Source: Eledone cirrhosa (taxonomy: Eukaryota). Taken from it: DNA of 64,000 nucleotides. Each line of letters starts with the position of its first letter. Position 1 is the stretch's first letter. Below are positions 27,524-41,132 of the stretch, piece after piece. Location of the stretch: the NCBI GenBank assembly GCA_964016885.1, contig OZ024743.1, forward strand, positions 179,490,001 through 179,554,000, read 5' to 3'. A program made the translations under genes and the position numbers. The notes under the pieces were generated by a model, which did no database searches, was not told the DNA's origin, and saw nothing but the letters and a program-made list of their open reading frames with translations.

Positions 27524-28420
27524 TGTCGTGGTTTATTCAGAAACCAGACTTGTAAGCACTCCTCGTCCGACGGGGAGGTCTCCCACCTAATTTGGGTTAC
27601 GTGAGATATGTCTTCTTTTGTGAAAATGGGTATAGCTTTCATTATGTAAAATCTCCCCATTTTGTCTCATTTCTCTACGTTTTGGGGCATTTTCTTTCGT
27701 AGTACTCCCCGTTTGGGTTTTTAGACGCTGGTAGGTCTGAGAAAGAGACCAGCTCGCGTCTTCTAACTCGTGTTTGCGAAGGTTTGCCTAACTTGTTTTT
27801 ATTTATACTCATTTATTAACAAAAATATATGTATATGTTTATTTATATTATGTAATTATCTGCATTTCTTTGCCAATTTTAGTATAACCTTATGTCTTCT
27901 ATAATTATGTGACACCATCCCCTTACGTCTTGTAACCCTTTTGACATGTTATTGTATGGAATGAATGGTTCGCTTTGGGAAAGAAATAGAAAAGAAATAT
28001 TATCATTTCCAAACAAGATAATAATATTTATTTCTCATTCCCACAATAGCAATTCTTTCAGAAATATTTGTAATGTTCGTAAGGAAATTATTTTCGCTTT
28101 TCCATAGATTGTCTCTTAATATCCAATAATTCGTGAAGGATACATTACTTGACTTGTCTCCCATACAACAACTTTTGATAATTATCCTGATTGACGTTTC
28201 AAAACTTTCTTTAATCGAAATCTCACAGTTTTCTCTCCATATATGACATCGCCATTATCTAACAATTAACTTTTCTCGCCTGATTCCATGTTTCTTTGCA
28301 ATTTTCCATCACATCCTGATAAGAGAGCCTCGAAATTATTATTCACATTAATATTGTTAGTTCTTCTATTGCTTCACAAATTTCTTTAGTCGTGTCATTT
28401 AGTTGTTTTCAATATAAGAC
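27524..28420 (-). mobile_element. LTR retrotransposon remnant: 3' LTR (27524-27914), PPT and decayed integrase tail
   Basis: On the minus strand, purine tract aaggggatgg directly precedes TGTCAC; the LTR ends ..CGACA with AATAAA near the end. A KLLYGRQVK integrase-like peptide lies near 28150-28180. Confidence 0.5.
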
Positions 28421-28664
28421 GGATATTATCGTTGTAAAGAGGCAATACTGCAAAGTGTATAAGGTAATCGACTTATAATTATCGTTCAAGGATTAGCAAT
28501 CAGCTGAAGGTGTTTCTTTCTGACGCTTATTACTATGGGCGATAGTTTAATTACACACCAAGAATATGTAAACCTCCGCTAAGAAATTATGGAAATATTA
28601 ATATAGTCAACATATCGCCAGATATACACAGAATAGTATCCCCTAATTTCATCCAGAGTTTCAG

Positions 28665-28852
28665 AGCGGTAGATTGGCGGGATCGTTAGAGCATCGTGCA
28701 AAAGGTTTGCAGTATTTATTCAAGTTATTTACGTCTTGGGTTCAAATTCTTACGGAGTCGATAAAATAAAGTACTTGCCAAGCACTGGAGTCGATGCAAT
28801 CGTCGTACTCCTTCGTTTCAAATTGCTGATCTTGTCCCAAAAGTAGAAACAG
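28665..28852 (+). mobile_element. Nin/Deu-like tRNA SINE, degenerate
   Basis: gcggtagattggc.. ggttcaaat.. gtcgataaaataaagtac. Confidence 0.65.
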
Positions 28853-28986
28853 TAACATCCAGAGATCAACATTGACTTTCAATTCTCCCGTGGTTTCTGT
28901 AAAATGTAGTGGAATATGAAAACATGGTTTGAATTTTCGTGACTAGCCACCATATCACATTAAGCAAGCAAAATCTAAATACACTC

Positions 28987-29027
<41 letters not shown>

Positions 29028-29319
29028 CGTGTGTGCGTGTGTGTGTGGGTGTGTGTGTGTGCGCGCGTGGATGTGTGTTAAAGGGACCATATGGCTAGTT
29101 CACTATCAATAATCTTCTTGCAATTTAATTAATTCTGCAGGAGTCTGCTTCTTAATTCTAGATAAAGCATATTATTATAAATGTTGGAAATATCGTTAAA
29201 TTGAAATTGCAGGAAAAAAAATATTTAAATTTTCAAATTGTTTTCAATCCAATCGATCAAAAGCCGCTGCTGAAAATGTTTTGGCTTCGTGGGAAATCTT
29301 GAAATATGAAATAAAGAGT

Positions 29320-29690
29320 GAAACCTTCCCATTAGCGGGATTATTTCCAATCCCGTCGAAATCATTTTCACCTTTCATCATTCCCGTGGGGATAAAATAA
29401 AGTACTAATCAAATACTAGGATCAATTTAATTCACGACTATTCACTCGCCCACCATCCCTCAGAAAAAATCCTGGCATTGTGCGTAAATTAGAAAATATT
29501 ATTATTATTAGGTTCGTCATGAGCGGTCGATTGGCAGTATCGGCAGAGGGTCGGACAATATATTTTGTGGCATAGAGTTAAGTCCCGTTACCTTCTGTGT
29601 TCAAATCCCCCAATTTGAACACAGAACGTCAAGGGATGTAACTCTCTGCAGCTAATCATGTCCAACGATCTACCTATTCTGCGAATCCAT
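29320..29690. mobile_element. Cluster of SINE fragments in both orientations
   Basis: cctttcatc..gataaaataaagtac (29370-29405), a plus-strand head at 29520-29610 and a minus-strand head at 29612-29690. Confidence 0.6.
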
Positions 29691-30080
29691 AATGTTATAT
29701 ATATATTATATATATATATGTGTGTTTGTGTGTGAGTTTTTCTCTGTGTGTGAGGTCGAGCGCATAAAGTATACGTAAAAATATCAAGACCTACAAACTA
29801 GATCATGCACAACGTTCAAATACAATAGAATTAAAGAAAAATAATAATTGTGCCAGAATTTTTATTTTAGGAAAATATGATAAAAGTAAGGCCAAGATAT
29901 CAATAGGATTCCTAAATTACATCCGATTTAAGAATTGGTGATGTAAGAAAGAAATATAAAGCAAATTATATGTCTATCAACACAAAGGTTTTCTTTAAAT
30001 AAACACGTATACACCTACATTTATGTATATTTATGTATAGGTTTATATAAACATACAGAGATACACACAAACACACACAC

Positions 30081-30139
<59 letters not shown>

Positions 30140-30140
<1 letters not shown>

Positions 30141-30388
30141 GATATTAATAAATGGAAACTATATTTATAAAACCATATTTATTTCATTACAGATATTTCA
30201 GGGATACCAAATTAAATTATGGTTCATCAGACAAAATACAATATATAACAGTTTTACAAATAAGCTTTGACGTACCCTATTAAAATGCAACCATTGTTTT
30301 TGGAAGTCATTCAAATAATTGTCGAGTGCTTTATATCAGTTATAAAAATATTTACTTGTTGTATCCCAACAATTTTAAATAGAACTTT

Positions 30389-30390
<2 letters not shown>
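30140..30390 (-). mobile_element. About 250-bp non-coding hammerhead element in (TA)n; short relative of 62130-63920
   Basis: Left part matches 62130-62260 and right part matches 63840-63920. Hammerhead motif at 30180-30238 (CUGAUGA..GAAA, stem I uauuuugu/augaaaua, imperfect stem II). Confidence 0.75.
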
Positions 30391-31860
<1,470 letters not shown>

Positions 31861-31877
31861 TATTCATATATATATAT

Positions 31878-32530
31878 AATTGTCCTAATAACTTATTTTG
31901 GTTATTATTGCACCGACGTGAGGTATATGATTTTTAATGCAATGAAATATCTATGATCTTCGGCAAATCACTGATGAGGGACTCATTTTATTACATGTTA
32001 TCTATGTGCTACCTGCAGTATTTTTCTCTATATTTTATTACATATATTTACCACTGCGATTCTGTTTTTTCTCTCTCTCTTACTGTTCCCCCATTCTCTC
32101 TGTTTCTCCCCCTCTGTCATGTCAGTTAACTCTTCCTCACACTTTCACTCACTCACTTTTTCTCTCTCTTCTCTTCATTTAATCCTGTACACCACGAAGG
32201 CTATTTTTCTCTCTCCGCTCATAGCCTTCGCTCGTGTCGGGTCTGTTCTACAAGCGCTCATATATTCACCTAGCTTATGCTAAACAGAATAATTTTTGAA
32301 GCTTGTTTCTTTCCCCTGGTTAGCCATACTCTGTTGTTCTCCTGTCTCACTCGCTTTACGCGTTTTAATTGTCCTAATAACTTATTTTGGTTATTATTGC
32401 ACCGACGTGAGGTATATGATTTTTAATGCAATGAAATATCTATGATCTTCGGCAAATCACTGATGAGGGACTCATTTTATTACATGTTATCCATGTGCTA
32501 CATGCAGTATTTTTCTCTATATTTTATTAT
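31878..32530 (+). repeat. Element with about 165-bp direct repeats (31878-32040 and 32368-32530)
   Basis: Near-identical repeats with a 490-bp period, each containing CTGATGAGGG; flanked by TA repeats. Confidence 0.85.
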
Positions 32531-32562
32531 ATATATATATATGAATATATGTATGAATGGTG

Positions 32563-32652
<90 letters not shown>

Positions 32653-32678
32653 GTGCTTTTTCCTTATATATGTGTATA

Positions 32679-32713
<35 letters not shown>

Positions 32714-32828
32714 GTATGTATGTGTGTATGTGTGTGTATGTATATGTATATATTTGTTTATGTGTATATATATATGTGTGTGTATATATATATATATATA
32801 TGTGTGTGTGTTTGTGTGTGTTTGTGTG

Positions 32829-32879
<51 letters not shown>

Positions 32880-33015
32880 ATATATGTGTGTGTATTTTAT
32901 ATATGTATATATATATATATGTGTATATATGTATATGTATGTGTATATATATGTATATGTATACACATGTATATTTGTGTGTATGTATGTATGTGTGTGA
33001 GTGTATATATATGTG

Positions 33016-33053
<38 letters not shown>

Positions 33054-33073
33054 TGTGTGTGTGTGTATATGTA

Positions 33074-33107
<34 letters not shown>
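32531..33107. repeat. Complex (CT)/(AT)/(GT) microsatellite
   Basis: Low complexity. Confidence 0.95.
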
Positions 33108-33108
<1 letters not shown>

Positions 33109-33114
33109 AACAAT

Positions 33115-33560
33115 GTCACTGGACCGAGACCTTTGGCGGTACTCAGTAACAGAGAAGACCCACCTTACCTAAATACATAGTAAAACCTACTACAGCCAGT
33201 AGGCATCTCTAACAACCCCCCACCCCCACCCCATCCACACCACCCCGTTCTATGTAAAGTTATGTTCGTGCCGCGCCATCCAGGCCGAAACAAATGAGAT
33301 CGTGTAGGTGTCACGACAAAAAAACACACAGTCCACGCTGTAATGTGGCCGTGTAGGCAACACGGTAAAAACCTCCCAGACCCACACTGTAAATGTGGTT
33401 GTTGTTAGGAAGGGCATCCAACTGTAGAAAACCTGCCAGACAGTCCTATGCGAGCAAGACAATCACTCTTGCCTCAAGTGGGACTACCCCCGTCCAAACC
33501 CATGCAAGCGTGGAACACGGACGTTAAACGTTGATGATGATGATGATGATGATGATGATA
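33115..33560 (+). mobile_element. SINE or SINE-like fragment with RTE-related 3' part and (GAT)n tail
   Basis: tggttg.tgttaggaagggcatcca.ctgtagaaaacc.. cccatgcaagcgtggaacacggacgttaaacg followed by (GAT)n. Confidence 0.65.
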
Positions 33561-34198
33561 TATGTATATATATATGTGTGTATATATATGTGTACATAAA
33601 TATATTTATATATGTGTGGGGTTTTTTTTATGTGTGTATATGTGTATGTGTATGTGTGTTTATGGTTGCGCGCGAGTGTGTGAGTGAGTGTGTTTTTTTG
33701 TGAATGTGTCTGTTGATTTTTGGCATATAGTTGATTAGTTTAAGGGAAGTTCGAAGATAATTGTAAGATATGCACTCAGTATTTTGAATCTGTCTACAGA
33801 ATTCTCTAAACCTTTGTCACTTAGTAGAACCTTAATGAATTTAGCTTTTAAAGAATCTCCCTTTCCTTTAATTCTATCTACCATGACTGACCCCCCACTG
33901 TGTGTGTGTGGGTGTGTGTGTGTGTATGTATGTGTGTATCTGGATGTATGCGTATGTGTATATATATATATGTGTGTGTGTGTGTATATATATATGTGTG
34001 TATGTGTATATATATGTGTGTGTGTGTGTTTGTATGTGTGTATGTATATATATGTGTGTGTGTATGTATGTGTGGGTGTGTGCATATATATGTGTATGTA
34101 TATGTGTGTATATATATGTATGTACACATATATATATATATATATGTGTGTGTGTATGTATGTATGTGTGTATCTGGATGTATGTGTATGTATATATA

Positions 34199-34237
<39 letters not shown>

Positions 34238-34307
34238 GTGTGTGTATGTGCATATATGTGTGTGTGTATGTGTGTATGTATATGTATGTGTGTGTGTATG
34301 TATGTGT

Positions 34308-34353
<46 letters not shown>

Positions 34354-34689
34354 ATGTATGTGTGGATGAAGGTATGTGTGTATATATAGGTGTAAGTGCA
34401 CTAAATCCCTTTCTATCAATCTCCCCTCTCCTACCGAGCACAGGAAGATATATGTATGTATATTGCTTCCACCCCCTCACTGACCAGCAGCTGGCCATCT
34501 GGCCATTGCTAAATTTGACCTTTATAAAATAACCCACACCCCAAATAACTTCTCATTCACTACCAGAAGCAGTCAACGAGCTGCTACCAAGATGAAAACT
34601 ACTATGAAATCCCACAATGAATTCTATACTTGAATTTTCAAATCTCAAATTTTAACTCTTCTTATTATTAATTTTTCTTAATATTAATC

Positions 34690-34737
34690 AACATTTGAAA
34701 AGATGGCTTTTGCAGACCCATCGAAACCGGTCATTTT
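34690..34737 (+). ncRNA. Minimal hammerhead, U3:A8 variant, in the 5' pLTR
   Basis: UUGAAAA-gaugg(11 nt)ccauc-GAAA-CCGG-UC with palindromic stem III and weak stem I. Confidence 0.6.
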
Positions 34738-34908
34738 TTATACCCTTTATTATTTCCTTACCTTATAAAATGATATGTTTTTTCACAAAAAAGTATTCTG
34801 TCTCTTATATATTCCATGTGCCATTACCAACCTCAATTTTCTCTATAACCTTCGTTTTGTGTAGTAAATTACACTTTTCATATATACTAACCTACGCAAA
34901 TCCGGAAA

Positions 34909-36176
34909 ATGGCACTGGAACAAGACAACACAACTTCAAACTCCAATATAAATGAGGAAATCCTGAAAATCCTAAAAGAGATAAATGGAAAACTCACCAT
35001 TCTGACAAAAAAACAGGATATACCCCAAACCACCACACCGACTGACAACCAAATTTATTTAAACGTTCAAAACGTATGCAACTCCATCGAAAAACTTATG
35101 AATACCAACACAGAACAGTCGACATTGCTCCATATCAAAAACCAAATGGGACACCTCTGGAAAAAACATCTAAAAACCAGAAAATTCACTTTCTGGAATA
35201 TGATAAAAAACCTCAACAAAGCTGGAATTTACCAAAAATGGATTAACTCAACACCGATAGTTTTACCACGTAAATTCCAAATAAAGCATATTACAAACGA
35301 ACCTGAACCAGAAAGAAAACTCCGTGAACAAATGTCACTCAACAGGATAAACATGGAAATAGAACTCCTAAAATTAAGGGCCACCTCCAACGAGCAAGAG
35401 TATAAGGATACTGATAAAATATGGAGGAAGAATGCACTAAAAAGGCCGAGGGAACAACCCTACAAAATTTAATCAAATCGTGGAAACAGGACTGCGAGAA
35501 TGCAGAAATTATTTCCCTTAAACGGTGGGAAAAATCCGAAAACTGGTTCCTCAAATATGAAGAAGACTTTAAAAGGACGCACCAAACAGGTAACCCCTTT
35601 ATAAAGCATTTGAACATAACAAGAACTACAACAGACACATTTACACCACCAAACCCAACACACACTAACCACAGGCACATCCCCCACCAACACGAACCAA
35701 ATACGGCCAACTACACCAAAAGAAACACACCCAACCACCACAACACAGGTTTCCGTAGAAATGCCCCCTACATAAACCAACGACGAAATAACATAGATCC
35801 AACTCACAACACACACACCACATTCCTCAGAAGAAATCCACCCAGACCACTTGAAATCACAACAGAACTTACCCACAACCACACCAGACATCACCCTCAA
35901 TCCAACAAAAGACAACCCCCCAACCTCAACACTCTGTACCACAGAAATAACGCACCCAGACCACATGAACCAACAACAGAACCCTTGCTCACCAACAACC
36001 ACAACACCTACCACCCCCACCATCACACTCATCCTCATGAAACAACAAGCTACAGACCCACACGCAACAGACCAACAAAATATAATCACACACAAAACTA
36101 CATTCCTTTTTTAGGGAAAAGCCTGAAATACCAGGATACTCGATGCCCCCCCCCCCTCAGGAGAAACCAAAAATAA
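34909..36176 (+). CDS. PLE ORF1: helical or coiled-coil-like N-terminus and H/N/T/P/R-rich tail, split by one frameshift near 35420
   Basis: ORFs 34909..35472 and 35421..36176 read as one protein of about 420 aa if one base is restored at DKI/MEEEC. Confidence 0.65.
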
Positions 36177-38422
36177 TCAACCTCTCAAAGACATATCTAA
36201 CCGACACACAAATCAACATTTTAAGTAAGGGCCTGAAATTTACACCTACACCACGTAAACCAAACTTCCCCGAAATGAAGGATGACATCATGGAATACTG
36301 CCGAAAGCTGCGACTAACGGAATTCTTCCACAACGACACCAACACTGAAGATGAATCACTGGTTAGAAATAAAAGCAATTTCTGCCCACAAAAGGGAAGA
36401 AATAAAGCACTGGACACGTACTGCGAATACATCACCAACTTTCCCTATGAAAAAATTACAAATAAACACACGAAATCAAACCTATCTACACACGAATGGG
36501 AAGAATTATTCACACTTAGAAACAACCCTGAGATAACTATCAAAGAAGCCGATAAAGGCAGTACTGTTGTCATTATGAATACGGACTACTATAGGACCCT
36601 CGCACTTAACATTTTAGAAAACAACACATACTGTGAAAAAACAGAAAACTACAAATACACCAAAACAATGGGGAACCTTTTGACCTTACTGAATAAATAC
36701 CGCAACAGCTTAACCACAAAAGAGTTTAACTATATAAGCCACTTCAAACGCAATACAAGCTCTTTTTACGGCTTACCGAAACTCCACAAATGTAAACCCA
36801 TAAACGATGCATGTGACACCTCAACCAACAATTACATTGAACTAACACCACCAGAAGACCTAAAACTCAGGCCAATTATAGCAGGCCCTACATGTGAAAC
36901 CCACAGACTTAGCAACTTTCTGGACATCCTACTGAAACCCTTTCTACAACATATACAGAGCTACATACGAGATGACCTTGACATGCTGAAACACCTCCCT
37001 AAAACAGTAAGTGCAAATACAATTCTTGTCTCCTTTGACGTAATAAACCTCTACACAAACATACCCCACAACTATGGAATAACAGCAGTCCAATACTGGC
37101 TTAACACACACCCATCAGAAATACCGACACGCATCAACAAAGATTTTATCACTGACGGACTCCGCTTTATCCTACAAAATAACTACTTCACATTCAATGG
37201 TTCAACATACAGACAAGTATCAGGTACGGCAATGGGCACGAAAGTAGCACCCACATATGCCAACCTAGTCATGGGATTCCATGAACAACAAATATACAGT
37301 CAGTCCCTTCTCTTATTTGGAGACTCTTTCCACACACACCTCAAAGCCAATTGGAAAAGATATTTAGACGACTGCTTTATCCTATGGCAAGAAGACATGA
37401 ACTCACTTACTATGTTTAAAAACATGATAAACAACATAGATAATAACATACAATTCACAATGGAATCCAATCCCAAGGAATTAGCCTTCTTGGATATTCT
37501 CATCTCTGTAATAGACGGGAAATTAGATACAGATATATTCTATAAACCCACAGATTCCAAGCAATACCTCTTTTTCACATCAAGTCACACAAAACATACA
37601 AAACTTAACATTCCTTACAATTTGGCCAAACGTATATGTACCATAGTATCAGATCCACCTAAACGGGAGCAAAGACTAAAGGAACTAAAAGACACCCTTA
37701 TCTTAAGAGCCTTTCCACTTGAAATAATCAACAATGGAATAGACAGGGCAAAACACCTAAATCCCCATCAACTTAACAATCCAAAACAGAAAACCACACT
37801 CAACACCCTGCCATATGTATCCACTTTCAACCCCAGAAATACCGAAATGTTTGATCACCTACACAAAAACCTCCCCATCCTACTTAAAGATGTAAAAATG
37901 AAGTCTATTCTTGAAACACACAAGATCCTTAAAAGTAAAAGACAACCCAAATCACTAAAACGCATTCTCACTGGACCAAATATACCCAAACCAATCCTCA
38001 ACCCTACAGTTACCAAATGTGGTAGAACAAACTGTGGAACGTGCCTCTACCTCACTGAAGGACAAAAATTTACATTTAAAGATGGCCAAACATTTACAGT
38101 AAAAAACAATTTCACCTGCAACTCGGAGAACTTGATTTACGCAATAACTTGCGGTGGGTGCAAACACAACTACATAGGACAGACGGGCACCTCATTACGC
38201 AAAAGAATGACCATCCACCGCCAACAAATCCGGGACGCTAGCACAAGAAAAATTCCCTTGAGCAGCCATATTGCGAACTGCGCAGGAATGACACTACCCA
38301 ACTTTAAAATCTTCCCCTTCTACAAGTGCTCAGATTCGTTCACACAGCAACAAAGAATAAACAAAGAAAATCTATTCCTTAACAAATTTAAACCAAAACT
38401 AAACGGGTTATCACCCCAATAG
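36143..38422 (+). CDS. PLE reverse transcriptase + Cys linker + GIY-YIG endonuclease (759 aa, uninterrupted)
   Basis: IINLS..LSKGLKFTP, IKEADKG, FYGLPKLHK, LRPIIAG, SFDVINLYTNI, QVSGTAMG, RYLDD, AFLDI, CGRTNCGTC..C and LIYAITCGGCKHNYIGQT..RKRMTIH. Confidence 0.93.
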   Translation: MPPPPQEKPKIINLSKTYLTDTQINILSKGLKFTPTPRKPNFPEMKDDIMEYCRKLRLTEFFHNDTNTEDESLVRNKSNFCPQKGRNKALDTYCEYITNFPYEKITNKHTKSNLSTHEWEELFTLRNNPEITIKEADKGSTVVIMNTDYYRTLALNILENNTYCEKTENYKYTKTMGNLLTLLNKYRNSLTTKEFNYISHFKRNTSSFYGLPKLHKCKPINDACDTSTNNYIELTPPEDLKLRPIIAGPTCETHRLSNFLDILLKPFLQHIQSYIRDDLDMLKHLPKTVSANTILVSFDVINLYTNIPHNYGITAVQYWLNTHPSEIPTRINKDFITDGLRFILQNNYFTFNGSTYRQVSGTAMGTKVAPTYANLVMGFHEQQIYSQSLLLFGDSFHTHLKANWKRYLDDCFILWQEDMNSLTMFKNMINNIDNNIQFTMESNPKELAFLDILISVIDGKLDTDIFYKPTDSKQYLFFTSSHTKHTKLNIPYNLAKRICTIVSDPPKREQRLKELKDTLILRAFPLEIINNGIDRAKHLNPHQLNNPKQKTTLNTLPYVSTFNPRNTEMFDHLHKNLPILLKDVKMKSILETHKILKSKRQPKSLKRILTGPNIPKPILNPTVTKCGRTNCGTCLYLTEGQKFTFKDGQTFTVKNNFTCNSENLIYAITCGGCKHNYIGQTGTSLRKRMTIHRQQIRDASTRKIPLSSHIANCAGMTLPNFKIFPFYKCSDSFTQQQRINKENLFLNKFKPKLNGLSPQ

Positions 38423-39125
38423 AATTGTCATAAAATATAAACACACATACGCACGGAGTGACAGATATATGTGTTTGTATGTGTGCATGTATATAATTAT
38501 CACTACTATTAAAGACCAGAGACCAATTCTGTAGAATCAGGTTTATTCGTTGACAGACCATGCCTTTGTGTGACCAACACATCCATGTTAAACCCTGCAC
38601 GTGCACACACATATATCTATATATATATGCGCACACAGAATTCACCACTGTCGGTTGCGGGGCCCAATCTACATGAAGAACTCAATGTGATCAGAATGAC
38701 TTGTATTTTAATTTCACTGCCCTGACTTCTTATATTATGGAAACAATATATGTGTATGTATGTATATATATATATTTGGAGGCCATTTCTCTGTGTGTGG
38801 GTGTATGTATGTGTATATGTGTGTGCGTGTGTGTGTGTGTGTGTATGTATGTGTGTATCTGGATGTATGCGTATGTGTATATATATATGTGTGTGTGTGT
38901 GTATATATATATGTGTGTGTATGTGTATATATGTGTGTGTGTGTGTGTGTGTGTTTGTATGTGTGTATGTATATATATGTGTGTGTGTATGTATGTGTGG
39001 GTGTGTGTATATATATGTGTATGTATATGTGTGTATATATATGTATGTACACATATATATATATATATATGTGTGTGTGTGTATGTATGTATGTGTGTAT
39101 CTGGATGTATGTGTATGTATATATA

Positions 39126-39160
<35 letters not shown>

Positions 39161-39211
39161 GTGTGTGTGTATGTGTGTATGTATATGTATGTGTGTGTGT
39201 ATGTATGTGTG

Positions 39212-39280
<69 letters not shown>

Positions 39281-39616
39281 ATGTATGTGTGGATGAAGGT
39301 ATGTGTGTATATATAGGTGTAAGTGCACTAAATCCCTTTCTATCAATCTCCCCTCTCCTACCGAGCACAGGAAGATATATGTATGTATATTGCTTCCACC
39401 TCCTCACTGACCAGCAGCTGGCCATCTGGCCATTGCTAAATTTGACCTTTATAAAATAACCCACACCCCAAATAACTTCTCATTCACTACCAGAAGCAGT
39501 CAACGAGCTGCTACCAAGATGAAAACTACTATGAAATCCCACAATGAATTCTATACTTGAATTTTCAAATCTCAAATTTTAACTCTTCTTATTATTAATT
39601 TTTCTTAATATTAATC

Positions 39617-39664
39617 AACATTTGAAAAGATGGCTTTTGCAGACCCATCGAAACCGGTCATTTT
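39617..39664 (+). ncRNA. Minimal hammerhead, U3:A8 variant, in the 3' pLTR
   Basis: Identical to 34690-34737. Confidence 0.6.
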
Positions 39665-39766
39665 TTATACCCTTTATTATTTCCTTACCTTATAAAATGA
39701 TATGTTTTTTCACAAAAAAGTATTCTGTTTCTTATATATTCCATGTGCCATTACCAACCTCAATTT

Positions 39767-39819
<53 letters not shown>

Positions 39820-40585
39820 ATATATAAGGTGTGAACCTAATAAACTACCATTTGTACTGCCTCTTTGTTTTTTGTTCCTGTCTAATATTTAACTATATAT
39901 ATATATACAGAAAGTGAATGAGAAATATAGTGTCCTGCCAGGAAATTCTATTTAGTACTGTTATATTTTCTAAAAAAAACATAAATCTTTGTGTGTGTGT
40001 CTTTGCGTTTGTTTGTGTGTACTTGTTTGTTCGTGTACTTTGGCGTGGGTTTCCATACATTTGGTTATGTTTATTTATACATTTTGACAAACAAAAGGAT
40101 CATGATTATTCACTGTTACTAAGATATTAACTTTTAGAAGTATCATGCTATCCCAATACATGTACATTGATTGGGTTAAGTCAAATTATAGAGAAAACGT
40201 GTAACATGGCATCTTTCAAAACAAAAAAGTTGAACAGTAAAGGAGCTTTTATCTTGAATAACACACAGCCATAATTACATCTCCGTCGAAATTTTGAACT
40301 AGTTTTCATATTGAATTTGACATTTTTGATCGATAGATTGTTCTATGAGATTGGAAACATGGCACACTTTCTGTCATTTGAATATTTGTTATATGGTATC
40401 TTTTAGACTGAATTGAGATTTGTGGTTTTGTTTTCATATGAGAAAATGAGGAAAAAAATAATACTTTGGTATAATGTATTGTCAATTATTCATAAAATTA
40501 TATTAATTCCGTGACCCAAAACATTATTTATTTTACTCTTATTTCAATTGAGCTTCCACAATATCTCATGCATTATCCCGATTAA

Positions 40586-40670
<85 letters not shown>

Positions 40671-40695
40671 TGTATATGTGTGTGTGTGAGCGCGC

Positions 40696-40756
<61 letters not shown>

Positions 40757-41132
40757 CAAGTTTGTGTTTGCGCGCATGTGTGTATGTGTGGGTGGGTATT
40801 GCAATTCATATCATGTTTCACAGGAAAGAATTGTCAATAATCTCTCCTTATATTTATTTTCGTGACACTTATTTTGTGGTTAACCATTACGTCACTTCAA
40901 CCCATGATTACATACATTGAAATATTAATATGCTTGTAGGTAGAAAATATAACAAATATATTTCTTCCACTTTTCTATCATATTGTAGTTTATTCACATT
41001 GCTAATATTTCTTTATTCTTCAATATTCATGTGTACCCGTATGTAATGTAAACTTTAATAAATATGTAGAAAACATCATAATATCAATTGGCACAGGAAC
41101 AGAATTTCGTAAGCCAGGGGAGTTAACAAGCA

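Larger units (their letters stand above)
33898..39771 (+). mobile_element. Near-intact Neptune-type Penelope-like element with direct pLTRs
   Basis: Direct repeats of about 950 bp (33898-34843 and 38791-39771) with near-identical unique parts flank ORF1 and an RT/GIY-YIG ORF. Confidence 0.93.

Noticed and set aside
28314-28345. ctgataagagagcctcgaaa hammerhead-like string
   Set aside because: C3-A8 mismatch and no stem I; lies in an LTR-element remnant.
34478-34520. Second hammerhead in the pLTR (ctgaccag..taaa)
   Set aside because: Two core positions are non-canonical without compensation and there is no stem I or III; at best a relic.
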